From an uncultured Desulfospira sp. (GTDB lineage Bacteria; Desulfobacterota; Desulfobacteria; Desulfobacterales; Desulfobacteraceae): a DNA stretch of 64,000 nucleotides. Positions 51,450-62,406 of the stretch are shown here, piece by piece. The notes below the pieces were generated by a model. It saw only the letters and a list, made by a program, of their open reading frames with translations, had not been told where the DNA came from and did no database searches. Position numbers and translations under genes: made by a program. Location of the stretch: the NCBI GenBank assembly GCA_963663165.1, contig OY760175.1, forward strand, positions 4,352,001 through 4,416,000, given 5' to 3'. Every line of letters starts with the position of its first letter. Position 1 is the first letter of the stretch.

Positions 51450-52940
51450 ATGGACAAACCAAAGAAAAAACGCATTTCTTTTGATATTCCGGGGTATGAC
51501 AGTGACGGCCTGTTGACGGCATCGGGAAGTTTTACCATTTCCAGGAACCAGGAGACCGGCCTTCCTGAAACGGTTTTTAACAACGCATTCACCATGAACC
51601 GGACCTTTAACAGCTATGGTACGGATGTCGGTTTGGGGTATGACAGCGACGGCCTGTTGACGGCATCGGGAAGTTTTACCATTTCCAGAAACCGGCAGAC
51701 CGGCCTTCCTGAAACGGTTTTTAACAACGCATTCACCATGAACCGGACCTTTAACAGCTATGGAGAACTTAACTCCTCTGCTGTCCTGATATCCTCAAGC
51801 CCGGTTCTGTCCATTGACCTTGCCAGGAACGACAATGGCCGGATCACCGAGAAAACCGAAGTTATACAAGGCATCAGCCATACGTTCAGTTACGAGTATG
51901 ACCCGGTGGGGCGATTGCTCGGCGTCGCCAAAGACGGGACACTGGTCGAAGAATACCAGTATGATGACAACGGCAACCGGATCTATGAGATGAACACCCT
52001 GAGGGAAATCCCGGGCCGGAGCCTGGCCTTTTCCGATGAAGACCACATCATTACCGCAGGGGACATAAGCTATGAATTTGATTATGACGACCGCCTTGCC
52101 GCAAGAACCGCCGGCAGTGAAACAACCCGATATGTGTATTCCTCTACAGGAGAGCTGCTCAGTGTAACCCTGCCTGACGGAACAACCATTTCATACATTC
52201 AGGATCCTCTCGGCAGAAGAGTGGCCAAGAAAGTCAACGGCACCATAGTCGAAAAATACCTGTGGTCCGGCCTTACAACCCTGCTTGCCGTGTATGACGG
52301 CAATGATAATTTAAAGCAGCGGTTCCTTTACGCAGACGACCGGGTGCCCTATGCCATGACCCAGGACGGAACCACCTGCTATCTGGCTTACGATCAGGTC
52401 GGATCTCTCCGGCTCGTAACCGACAGTTCCGGCACCCCTGTCAAACAGCTTGACTATGACAGCTTCGGCAATATAATAGGAGATACCCATCCAGCCTTTA
52501 CTATTCCCTTTGGTTTTGCCGGCGGCCTACACGATTCCGATACCGGCCTTGTCCGCTTTGGATACCGGGATTACATGCCGGAAATCGGCAAGTGGACGGC
52601 CAAAGACCCGATCCTGTTTGCCGGCGGGGATACTAATTTGTTTGGGTATGTCCTGAATGATCCGGTTAATTTTGTTGATCCTTTGGGGCTTTATGTGAAA
52701 CATTGGTTTGAGGACAGTTTGCCATCATGGGCACGTGATAATCGGACCCCAGAAGAGCGAGAAGAGGCTCATCAAGCTTATAATAGGGACCTTGCAAAGA
52801 GATTAGGAGAGGCAGGAGGTCTCGGGCTATTACACAAAAAAGTTGAGAGCATCATACTAATGGACCATCTTGTTGATTTTGCCGAATGGTTGTTCCACGA
52901 TGAGGACAAGGAGGAGACAAAATGCCCCATAATTGATTAG
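51450..52940 (+). CDS. 5'-truncated Rhs/YD-repeat protein with core and C-terminal toxin tip
   Basis: YD repeats; core PFGFAGG...RFGYRDY...DPI...DPVNFVDPLGL followed by about 82 unrelated residues. Confidence 0.88.
   Translation: MDKPKKKRISFDIPGYDSDGLLTASGSFTISRNQETGLPETVFNNAFTMNRTFNSYGTDVGLGYDSDGLLTASGSFTISRNRQTGLPETVFNNAFTMNRTFNSYGELNSSAVLISSSPVLSIDLARNDNGRITEKTEVIQGISHTFSYEYDPVGRLLGVAKDGTLVEEYQYDDNGNRIYEMNTLREIPGRSLAFSDEDHIITAGDISYEFDYDDRLAARTAGSETTRYVYSSTGELLSVTLPDGTTISYIQDPLGRRVAKKVNGTIVEKYLWSGLTTLLAVYDGNDNLKQRFLYADDRVPYAMTQDGTTCYLAYDQVGSLRLVTDSSGTPVKQLDYDSFGNIIGDTHPAFTIPFGFAGGLHDSDTGLVRFGYRDYMPEIGKWTAKDPILFAGGDTNLFGYVLNDPVNFVDPLGLYVKHWFEDSLPSWARDNRTPEEREEAHQAYNRDLAKRLGEAGGLGLLHKKVESIILMDHLVDFAEWLFHDEDKEETKCPIID
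51491..51763 (+). repeat. Imperfect tandem duplication inside the Rhs (129-bp units, 144-bp period)
   Basis: 51491-51619 vs 51635-51763; GYDSDGLLTASGSFTISRN...SYG occurs twice with a few substitutions. Confidence 0.9.
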
Positions 52941-54066
52941 CGGCTTACCGCTTGTCATTGAGAGATTATCTCTCACATTTACGGAAAGCCTTTGTGGATA
53001 ACGTTAAATTTAAAATATCTTTGGCTATCATTTTTATAGCGAGATAATTATTTATGGATTTAGTTTACGGAATAGTTATTTTATTTGCGCCTGTTCTAAT
53101 CCCAAAACAAGCGTGTTATAAAAAATGAATTTCTCATAAGCAATTGTCGACCCGAGCTATTATTTTGTGTCTCCAATTTCCATCAAACAGACGCACGAGT
53201 CCTGATGTTTTTTGGAATACTGCCGATTGTGTTGTGGTTCATTGCTTAAATTCCCTTTTGAAATCTACAGGTTTTAGACTCGCCATTGCAGCCCGTTTGC
53301 AATAACTGTCCGGAGCAAAGGCATCATGTAACCCAGGCAGTCTTCAAAGAGTTAAAAAACTTGAACACGCTTGTGAGCCTGTTGTTATAACCAATGATTC
53401 GATATTTAATGGCCCTGCTGGAACGTATGATCAAGCAAGGGATATTTATAAATGTCTGGATAAAGCGTTTGAATTCCATACGGACGATGGAGAGACCTAA
53501 AGCTCGATACGGCATCATCATTCCATACCAGGCTTTCAGATCCCATGCCAAAGATGCAACAACCATATAGGCCCAGTTGGCATTTAGGGAATCAGAAGGA
53601 TTAGCCATTGCATGCACGCCATGTTTCAACTGATCAATGTCATTTTCGTGATCCGCCCGTTTCCGGTAAAAATCCACCAGGTGCCTGGCTGATTTTTTCC
53701 AATCGTTTGTGATGTAAAAAAAGTAACGGATATCGTCAAACAATAGACGTTCGCCTTTATACTCATTTATTGTTTTGCGCAGCACGATCATCCGGTAGGG
53801 TTGCCGACATTTACCAGGTTTATATTCAAATTCGGCTATATGTTCACAGGCGGTCTCAAGACGTTTGAAATTGCGTTTTTTGACCACTTGAAGTTTGATA
53901 TTTTCGGGACGTTTTCTGGGGATTGTTTTGATGGCTTGCGGCTGTTTTTCAAATATCTCCCATTCGGAATCTGAAAGACCACCGGCCAGTTTTATCAGGT
54001 TTGATCTGGCATCCATGCCAAAGACAAAGGTACAGCGTTGATCCCATTTGTCAAAATTGGAAGTAA

Positions 54067-55447
54067 GGGATGTGGTAAAATTAAAACCCACAATTCATTC
54101 CTCATAGCATGGAATATCAACAGCCCATTTTTCAATCCCTGGAATCCGAATAATTTTGTTTTCTATATTATTCACGGCGGACTTGACCAAACGTACCCCT
54201 GTCGGGTAAACACCTTTGATTAATTTGACGACAGGATTTTCTCCTTTCCATGTCATTGTTCGACATAGACCGAGAACCTTTTCAATTTTGTTCAGCAATT
54301 CGCCTTTCCAATGATTTTCCAAAACACCCCAAACTCGCTCTATTGGGTTGTATTTACTGTGGTACGGGGGATAGTACACCAAACTAATATTTACAAATGC
54401 TGATTTGGCAAAGTCCACGAGGCGACTAATGAATTGGCTCCTTCGGCTACTATTTTCCGGCCCATTATCAAGATTGATCACCAGTGTATGTGGGGCGAAT
54501 CTTGCGTTCAAAGAAGGCCAGAGTGATTCCAGCGCATCAATCATGAAATCAGAGGTGATGTTGCTTTCAGTGAAGTACATATAATTTTCATCCAGAGCAG
54601 GTATGTTGATACCGAAAAGTTTCAAAAGGGAATCGGGTTTAAAATCATGGTCCGCCGCTTTAAGATTGCAACGACTATATCCGCCTCGGGAATAAGGCCC
54701 TATTTTAATAGTGGCTTTTGCGTCCATTGAGATACGTAAAACGCCATCTGTTTCATCGGCTAGTTGGTTTGTCCTATGCACATATTCAAAAATGATGTCT
54801 GTTTCAGGAATTTTTTTTTTACCTTGGCTTTGGCGACCTTCTTCAGTTTAAAACCCAATTTATTCATTATGGTGGATAGAGTCCGTACTGTTGGCATATT
54901 CTCAGGGTCATATCCCATGTCGTCAACTAATCGACGGAATACTTCATTCGCAGATATTGGGGAATATAAATTCTGGGTACGGAATGTAGGATCAGTCTGA
55001 CATATAGGGTTTACAATACGAGTTATGTCCTCTTTTAAATTCGGAAAATGTTCTAAACACGATTTCCGGCCTCGTCCGGAAAAATTATCAACACAGGTAA
55101 CTCCGCTTTCTATTTCCCGTCGCCCTTTGATTATTGTTTTCCGATCCCAACCCAGTTCTCTTTCAGCCTTTAGTTGTCCGCCGTGCCCCATAAGGGAGAC
55201 AACGCGTGCCATGAATTGGCGCCGTTCATGGCCTTTTAATTTGCTTCGAGTGGTATTCAGAAAATCCTTTAGTGGTGGCGTTAATTCCGATATAGTTTTG
55301 GGTAAATTGTGCTTAGAATGATCAAACATGGTCCTCCTGTATTTTTTATGTAATCTTCCATGTTGACCATAAACTATCGATTCCATGTTGTCTATAGAAA
55401 TCAGAATTCAGACTATGGAATTGTGGATATTAATTTTTCTGAGGCCC
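54067..55447 (-). mobile_element. ISAzo13-family element copy A
   Basis: GGG...CCC ends with imperfect IRs; 3-bp TSD TAA at 54064-66 and 55448-50. Confidence 0.9.
54095..55329 (-). CDS. ISAzo13 transposase in two ORFs joined at an A-run frameshift site
   Basis: ISMDAKA, DHD, LDNGPEN, YPPYHSKYNPIER; A10 run at 54811-54820. Confidence 0.85.
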
Positions 55448-57220
55448 TAAGGCTGAAATCAGTATCACCCCGAACGTATAATTTTTTAAAAGTGCCTTCC
55501 AGCAGATCAAGGGACTTATCCACCCAACCCGCAGAGTTGAGGTGGGACGGAGCATTGCCGGATCGATTGATTATATAAAGAGGCTCCCTTGTTTTTTCCA
55601 GAGAGACTATCAGAGGGGCATATCCCCACTTACCATTATAAGAGATGTCCATACCCTGTTTGCACTCGCCGGTTGTTTCACTGATAGTGCCGTCGATATT
55701 GATGATGGCTTCTTTCTTGAAGTTTTGCGGCTGCTTTTCCCATACCTTTTTCCGGATGGTATTTTTGACGTCCTGCAGAGTTATGATATCTTCCTTGGAA
55801 AACCGGCGCAAAAAGTCTCCGGCTGTAGTGGGATCGGGGATAATTTCTGCATCCAGAGCATTCAACCAGGCTTCATTGTTTCTGAGCAGCTCAATATCCT
55901 GAAGGCAGGTGCCACCGGCAAGAATATTATATGCCATGTTGGCGACATGATCTGATTCATGATAGGGCAAATGGCGTTTAAGCAGTTCGAGCTCCTTATC
56001 AATTTCTTTCAGAAGGCCGGTCTTTTTGGCAAGCATATGAATTAACCCTATGCCGCCGGGAGCAACCCCTTGGAGGCGACCGTCAATCTCGTATTGAATG
56101 TTGGATGCTTTAAACATAGGGGCTGGCTGTTCATCCCAATCTCTTTTGTTGAGCTTTTTGCTTATTTTTTTCTTGCGTTTTGCCAAATTTTTGTTGATAT
56201 TTTTATTCACTCGAAACGTCCTTTCAATTTGGTATATTTCGTTGTGGTAAACTTATTATACCTTTTATTGATAGGCGTTTCGAGGATTTTATCTCATTTT
56301 TATTACTTATCTCACGCTTGTTTTGGGTTTAGCTGTTCAAGGTTAGACCCAAAACAAGCGTGTTATAAAAAATGAATTTCTCATAAGCAATTGTCGACCC
56401 GAGCTATTATTTTGTGTCTCCAATTTCCATCAAACAGACGCACGAGTCCTGATGTTTTTTGGAATACTGCCGATTGTGTTGTGGTTCATTGCTTAAATTC
56501 CCTTTTGAAATCTACAGGTTTTAGACTCGCCATTGCAGCCCGTTTGCAATAACTGTCCGGAGCAAAGGCATCATGTAACCCAGGCAGTCTTCAAAGAGTT
56601 AAAAAACTTGAACACGCTTGTGAGCCTGTTGTTATAACCAATGATTCGATATTTAATGGCCCTGCCGGAACGTATGATCAAGCAAGGGATATTTATAAAT
56701 GTCTGGATAAAGCGTTTGAATTCCATACGGACGATGGAAAGACCTAAAGCTCGATACGGCATCATCATTCCATACCAGGCTTTCAGATCCCATGCCAAAG
56801 ATGCAACAACCATATAGGCCCAGTTGGCATTTAGGGAATCAGAAGGATTAGCCATTGCATGCACGCCATGTTTCAACTGATCAATGTCATTTTCGTGATC
56901 CGCCCGTTTCCGGTAAAAATCCACCAGGTGCCTGGCTGATTTTTTCCAATCGTTTGTGATGTAAAAAAAGTAACGGATATCGTCAAACAATAGACGTTCG
57001 CCTTTATACTCATTTATTGTTTTGCGCAGCACGATCATCCGGTAGGGTTGCCGACATTTACCAGGTTTATATTCAAATTCGGCTATATGTTCACAGGCGG
57101 TCTCAAGACGTTTGAAATTGCGTTTTTTGACCACTTGAAGTTTGATATTTTCAGGACGTTTTCTGGGGATTGTTTTGATGGCTTGCGGCTGTTTTTCAAA
57201 TATCTCCCATTCGGAATCTG

Positions 57221-57593
57221 TGAGAGCAATCACGATATTTGATGGACACGTTTTCATGCTATTTGGTGGAACTGAGGAGAAGAAACAATAGCTTGACACA
57301 CCACCCCCCATGGGTAGATGGGAAAGTTGATAAAAATGTCTCAAACCAGCAAATTTTTACGATACCCAAGGGAGGGGTGGTACGCTCTAAGAATTTTATA
57401 TCTACCTGTAATTAAATCTAATTCAAAAAATCTATCCCTCATTTATCGTTGATTCTTTCAAGTTAACGGAAGGAGGACCGATCGGCCCTAAAGTATAGTG
57501 AAAAATGAGGAACGACAAAGGGAGTGAAAAATTTCCATAAGATAGCTTGCAAAAAATAAAGCCTCTTTCCATCAAATATCGTGATCACTCTCA
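57221..57593. mobile_element. 373-bp TG...CA MITE
   Basis: 26-bp TIRs TGAGAGCAATCACGATATTTGATGGA / TCCATCAAATATCGTGATCACTCTCA; 5-bp TSD ATCTG; the empty site is visible in copy A. Confidence 0.9.
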
Positions 57594-57691
57594 ATCTGAA
57601 AGACCACCGGCCAGTTTTATCAGGTTTGATCTGGCATCCATGCCAAAGACAAAGGTACAGCGTTGATCCCATTTGTCAAAATTGGAAGTAA

Positions 57692-59070
57692 GGGATGTGG
57701 TAAAATTAAAACCCACAATTCATTCCTCATAGCATGGAATATCAACAGCCCATTTTTCAATCCCTGGAATCCGAATAATTTTGTTTTCTATATTATTCAC
57801 GGCGGACTTGACCAAACGTACCCCTGTCGGGTAAACACCTTTGATTAATTTGACGACAGGATTTTCTCCTTTCCATGTCATTGTTCGACATAGACCGAGA
57901 ACCTTTTCAATTTTGTTCAGCAATTCGCCTTTCCAATGATTTTCCAAAACACCCCAAACTCGCTCTATTGGGTTGTATTTACTGTGGTACGGGGGATAGT
58001 ACACCAAACTAATATTTACAAATGCTGATTTGGCAAAGTCCACGAGGCGACTAATGAATTGGCTCCTTCGGCTACTATTTTCCGGCCCATTATCAAGATT
58101 GATCACCAGTGTATGTGGGGCGAATCTTGCGTTCAAAGAAGGCCAGAGTGATTCCAGCGCATCAATCATGAAATCAGAGGTGATGTTGCTTTCAGTGAAG
58201 TACATATAATTTTCATCCAGAGCAGGTATGTTGATACCGAAAAGTTTCAAAAGGGAATCGGGTTTAAAATCATGGTCCGCCGCTTTAAGATTGCAACGAC
58301 TATATCCGCCTCGGGAATAAGGCCCTATTTTAATAGTGGCTTTTGCGTCCATTGAGATACGTAAAACGCCATCTGTTTCATCGGCTAGTTGGTTTGTCCT
58401 ATGCACATATTCAAAAATGATGTCTGTTTCAGGAATTTTTTTTTACCTTGGCTTTGGCGACCTTCTTCAGTTTAAAACCCAATTTATTCATTATGGTGGA
58501 TAGAGTCCGTACTGTTGGCATATTCTCAGGGTCATATCCCATGTCGTCAACTAATCGACGGAATACTTCATTCGCAGATATTGGGGAATATAAATTCTGG
58601 GTACGGAATGTAGGATCAGTCTGACATATAGGGTTTACAATACGAGTTATGTCCTCTTTTAAATTCGGAAAATGTTCTAAACACGATTTCCGGCCTCGTC
58701 CGGAAAAATTATCAACACAGGTAACTCCGCTTTCTATTTCCCGTCGCCCTTTGATTATTGTTTTCCGATCCCAACCCAGTTCTCTTTCAGCCTTTAGTTG
58801 TCCGCCGTGCCCCATAAGGGAGACAACGCGTGCCATGAATTGGCGCCGTTCATGGCCTTTTAATTTGCTTCGAGTGGTATTCAGAAAATCCTTTAGTGGT
58901 GGCGTTAATTCCGATATAGTTTTGGGTAAATTGTGCTTAGAATGATCAAACATGGTCCTCCTGTATTTTTATGTAATCTTCCATGTTGACCATAAACTAT
59001 CGATTCCATGTTGTCTATAGAAATCAGAATTCAGACTATGGAATTGTGGATATTAATTTTTCTGAGGCCC
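57692..59070 (-). mobile_element. ISAzo13-family element copy B (transposase 57720-58953)
   Basis: Same ends, same TAA TSD and same insertion point as copy A; A9 at the frameshift site. Confidence 0.9.
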
Positions 59071-60469
59071 TAAGGCTGAAATCAGTATCACCCCGAACGT
59101 ATAATTTTTTAAAAGTGCCTTCCAGCAGATCAAGGGACTTATCCACCCAACCCGCAGAGTTGAGGTGGGACGGAGCATTGCCGGATCGATTGATTATATA
59201 AAGAGGCTCCCTTGTTTTTTCCAGAGAGACTATCAGAGGGGCATATCCCCACTTACCATTATAAGAGATGTCCATACCCTGTTTGCACTCGTCGGTTGTT
59301 TCACTGATAGTGCCGTCGATATTGATGATGGCTTCTTTCTTGAAGTTTTGCGGCTGCTTTTCCCATACCTTTTTCCGGATGGTATTTTTGACGTCCTGCA
59401 GAGTTATGATATCTTCCTTGGAAAACCGGCGCAAAAAGTCTCCGGCTGTAGTGGGATCGGGGATAATTTCTGCATCCAGAGCATTCAACCAGGCTTCATT
59501 GTTTCTGAGCAGCTCAATATCCTGAAGGCAGGTGCCACCGGCAAGAATATTATATGCCATGTTGGCGACATGATCTGATTCATGATAGGGCAAATGGCGT
59601 TTAAGCAGTTCGAGCTCCTTATCAATTTCTTTCAGAAGGCCGGTCTTTTTGGCAAGCATATGAATTAACCCTATGCCGCCGGAGCAACCCCTTGGAGGCG
59701 ACCGTCAATCTCGTATTGAATGTTGGATGCTTTAAACATAGGGGCTGGCTGTTCATCCCAATCTCTTTTGTTAAGCTTTTTGCTTATTTTTTTCTTGCGT
59801 TTTGCCAAATTTTTGTTGATATTTTTATTCACTCGAAACGTCCTTTCAATTTGGTATATTTCGTTGTGGTAAACTTATTATACCTTTTATTGATAGGCGT
59901 TTCGAGGATTTTATCTCATTTTTATTACTTATCTCACGCTTGTTTTGGGTCTAATTACCAATATTATAGTTTTTAATAAATTGGTTTTTAGAATCAAAAA
60001 ATGGAGACTAAATGTAGATAGTGTTGATAAAAAAGATTTTAGAATTGAAATAGCAATATATCTATTATTACTCATTTGTTTAGTGTTTTTGCTATTTTTT
60101 AGTGCTAATTTTGTGTTTTTTCCAAAAAGTCAATTAATGCCGATGCCTTTTGTGATATTAGGTAAAATTTTATGTCTTCTTTTTTTTGTACCAATAATAA
60201 TATTATTTGCAATGGGTCATGCAGGAGGAGCTGGTGCTCCTTCAGTTCAAAAAACCATCATGGACTTTTTAAATATTGAAAAAATCCCCCAAAAAAGGAT
60301 CGGGTTAAATAAGTTGCTAACTTTTTGTTTAACGGCTGTCGTTTTGATTTGGTATCTTGTTTTTTTACTCGGTCCAGAGTAGCGAGTCCGGGGCCATACG
60401 AATTCCGGACTAAAGAATTCCGGGGACATCCATGATAAGTATTGTCAAGAACAAGATTGAACAAGATTG

Positions 60470-60516
60470 GGGTCAGGTCTTGAATTATAAGAAAGTGATA
60501 TTTCAAGACCTGATCC
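60470..60516. repeat. REP-like palindrome at the Rhs module boundary
   Basis: TCAGGTCTTGAA 60473-84 / TTCAAGACCTGA 60502-13; preceded by GAATTCCGG x2 and GAACAAGATTG x2. Confidence 0.7.
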
Positions 60517-60519
60517 AGA

Positions 60520-62235
60520 TTCATGAAACCGGCAGCAAAGTACCGGCAAGTGTTTCCGTAAGCACCCCCAGCGGATTAACCAGCCAGGTTGACATTGACA
60601 GGGTCTATGACCAAAGCGAAGACGGTTTAACCCGGACCGAAACCTTAACTTTTGACCGGAACGGTGCAACCACCACCGTGCTTACGGATTATGAAAACGG
60701 GGTAAAAACAGCAATCTCTCCTGAAGGCAGGGAGTTTGTCAGCCTTTTTGATCCGGACAGCCTTCTGGTAACCCAGACCCAGACCAGCGGCTTGTCAGCC
60801 ACCCAATACAATTATGACAGCCACGGCAGAATCATCTCTCAGGAAACCGGTTCCCGCATTACCGATTTCAGCTATGATGACCGAGGAAACCTTGAGAGCG
60901 TCACTGACCCGCTGAACCGGACCACCCGTTATACCCATGACCTTCTTGGCCGTGTAACCGGCATAGAATATTCTGACGGTTCCGCTGTGGGATTCTGGTA
61001 CGACAGCAAGGGCAATCTTACGGTACTGACCACCCCCACCCCCGCAGACAACAGCTTTACCTGGAACGGCGTGGACAAGCTGACAAGTTTTACCACCCCC
61101 CTTGGCAGCGTAACCTCCTACAGCTATGATACGGAACGAAAGCTTACCGCCGTCAACCTTCCTTCCGGCAAAACCATTGCCAACACTTATACCGACAGCC
61201 GCCTCACCCGGACCGATACCCAAGAGTGGACCAACTTCTACGACTATAACTGCATGAACCACCTATCATCCATCATCAGGGGCAGTCAGGAAATTGTCTT
61301 TAAATATGACGGCCGCCTGCTGACCCGGGTCAGCCAGGCCGGGACACTGAACCAGGATATAGCCCTTGCCTATAACGATGATTTTCAGATTGTCGCCATG
61401 GCATACGCCGGTACGGATGTCGGTTTGGGGTATGACAGCGACGGCCTGTTGACGGCATCGGGAAGTTTTACCATTTCCAGAAACCGGCAGACCGGCCTTC
61501 CTGAAACGGTTTTTAACAACGCATTCACCATGAACCGGACCTTTAACAGCTATGGAGAACTTAACTCCTCTGCTGTCCTGATATCCTCAAGCCCGGTTCT
61601 GTCCATTGACCTTGCCAGGAACGACAATGGCCGGATCACCGAGAAAACCGAAGTTATACAAGGCATCAGCCATACGTTCAGTTACGAGTATGACCCGGTG
61701 GGGCGATTGCTCGGCGTCGCCAAAGACGGGACACTGGTCGAAGAATACCAGTATGATGACAACGGCAACCGGATCTATGAGATGAACACCCTGAGGGAAA
61801 TCCCGGGCCGGAGCCTGGCCTTTTCCGATGAAGACCACATCATTACCGCAGGGGACATAAGCTATGAATTTGATTATGACGACCGCCTTGCCGCAAGAAC
61901 CGCCGGTAGTGAAACAACCCGATATATGTATTCCTCTACGGGGGAGTTGCTCAGCGTAACCCTGCCTGACGGAACAACCATTTCATACATTCAGGATCCT
62001 CTCGGTAGAAGAGCGGCCAAGAAAGTCAACGGCACCATAGTCGAAAAATACCTGTGGTCCGGCCTTACAACCCTGCTTGCCGTGTATGACGGCAATGATA
62101 ATTTAAAGCAGCGGTTCCTTTACGCAGACGGCCGGGTGCCCTATGCCATGACCCAGGACGGAACCACCTGCTATCTGGCTTACGACCAGGTCGGATCTCT
62201 CCGGCTCGTAACCGACAGTTCCGGCACACCTGTCA
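60520..62235 (+). pseudogene. Second (orphan) Rhs fragment truncated by an IS insertion
   Basis: YD repeats; 61410-62235 is colinear and near-identical to 51618-52443; similarity ends abruptly before the core terminus. Confidence 0.85.
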
Positions 62236-62406
62236 GTGCTGACGCATGAAAATTTATAGTCAATGATATCAATGACGCAGCTCGATATCCAAAATTATTT
62301 TGTCGCAAAATTTAAATAGACAAAATTTCGGCCTTTTGATAATGTAGCATAGGGTACGAATGAGCGCCCCCCCAATCGAGACACTACATTTGAAGAGGAG
62401 GATGTC

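Larger units (their letters stand above)
53324..56210 (-). pseudogene. IS1380-family transposase copy A, interrupted by ISAzo13
   Basis: PDPTTAGDFLRRF, INIDGT, RGDTDFSL|TSNFD, YRKRADHENDIDQLK. Confidence 0.9.
56571..59832 (-). pseudogene. IS1380-family transposase copy B, interrupted by ISAzo13 and a MITE
   Basis: Near-identical to copy A, with an extra insertion at 57221-57593 and a 1-nt deletion near 59682. Confidence 0.9.
53101..59949 (-). mobile_element. Composite of two head-to-tail IS1380-family copies
   Basis: TIR CCCAAAACAAGCGTG at all four ends; single 6-bp TSD TCTAAT at 53095-53100 and 59950-59955; copy A 53101-56327, 20-bp spacer, copy B 56348-59949. Confidence 0.9.
53054..60382 (+). 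pseudogene. Putative Rhs immunity gene (157-aa multi-TM protein) split by a composite transposon
   Basis: 53054-53100 (MDLVYGIVILFAPVL) joins in frame to 59956-60382 (ITNIIVF...LLGPE*) after removing 53101-59955; AT-rich; follows the toxin tip. Confidence 0.8.

Noticed and set aside
59945..60382. Stand-alone 145-aa membrane gene
   Set aside because: Its TTG start lies in the IS end. It is the 3' part of the gene starting at 53054.
60432..60519. N-terminus of the 605-aa ORF as a real Rhs start
   Set aside because: It translates the palindromic linker. Rhs-like sequence begins at about 60520.
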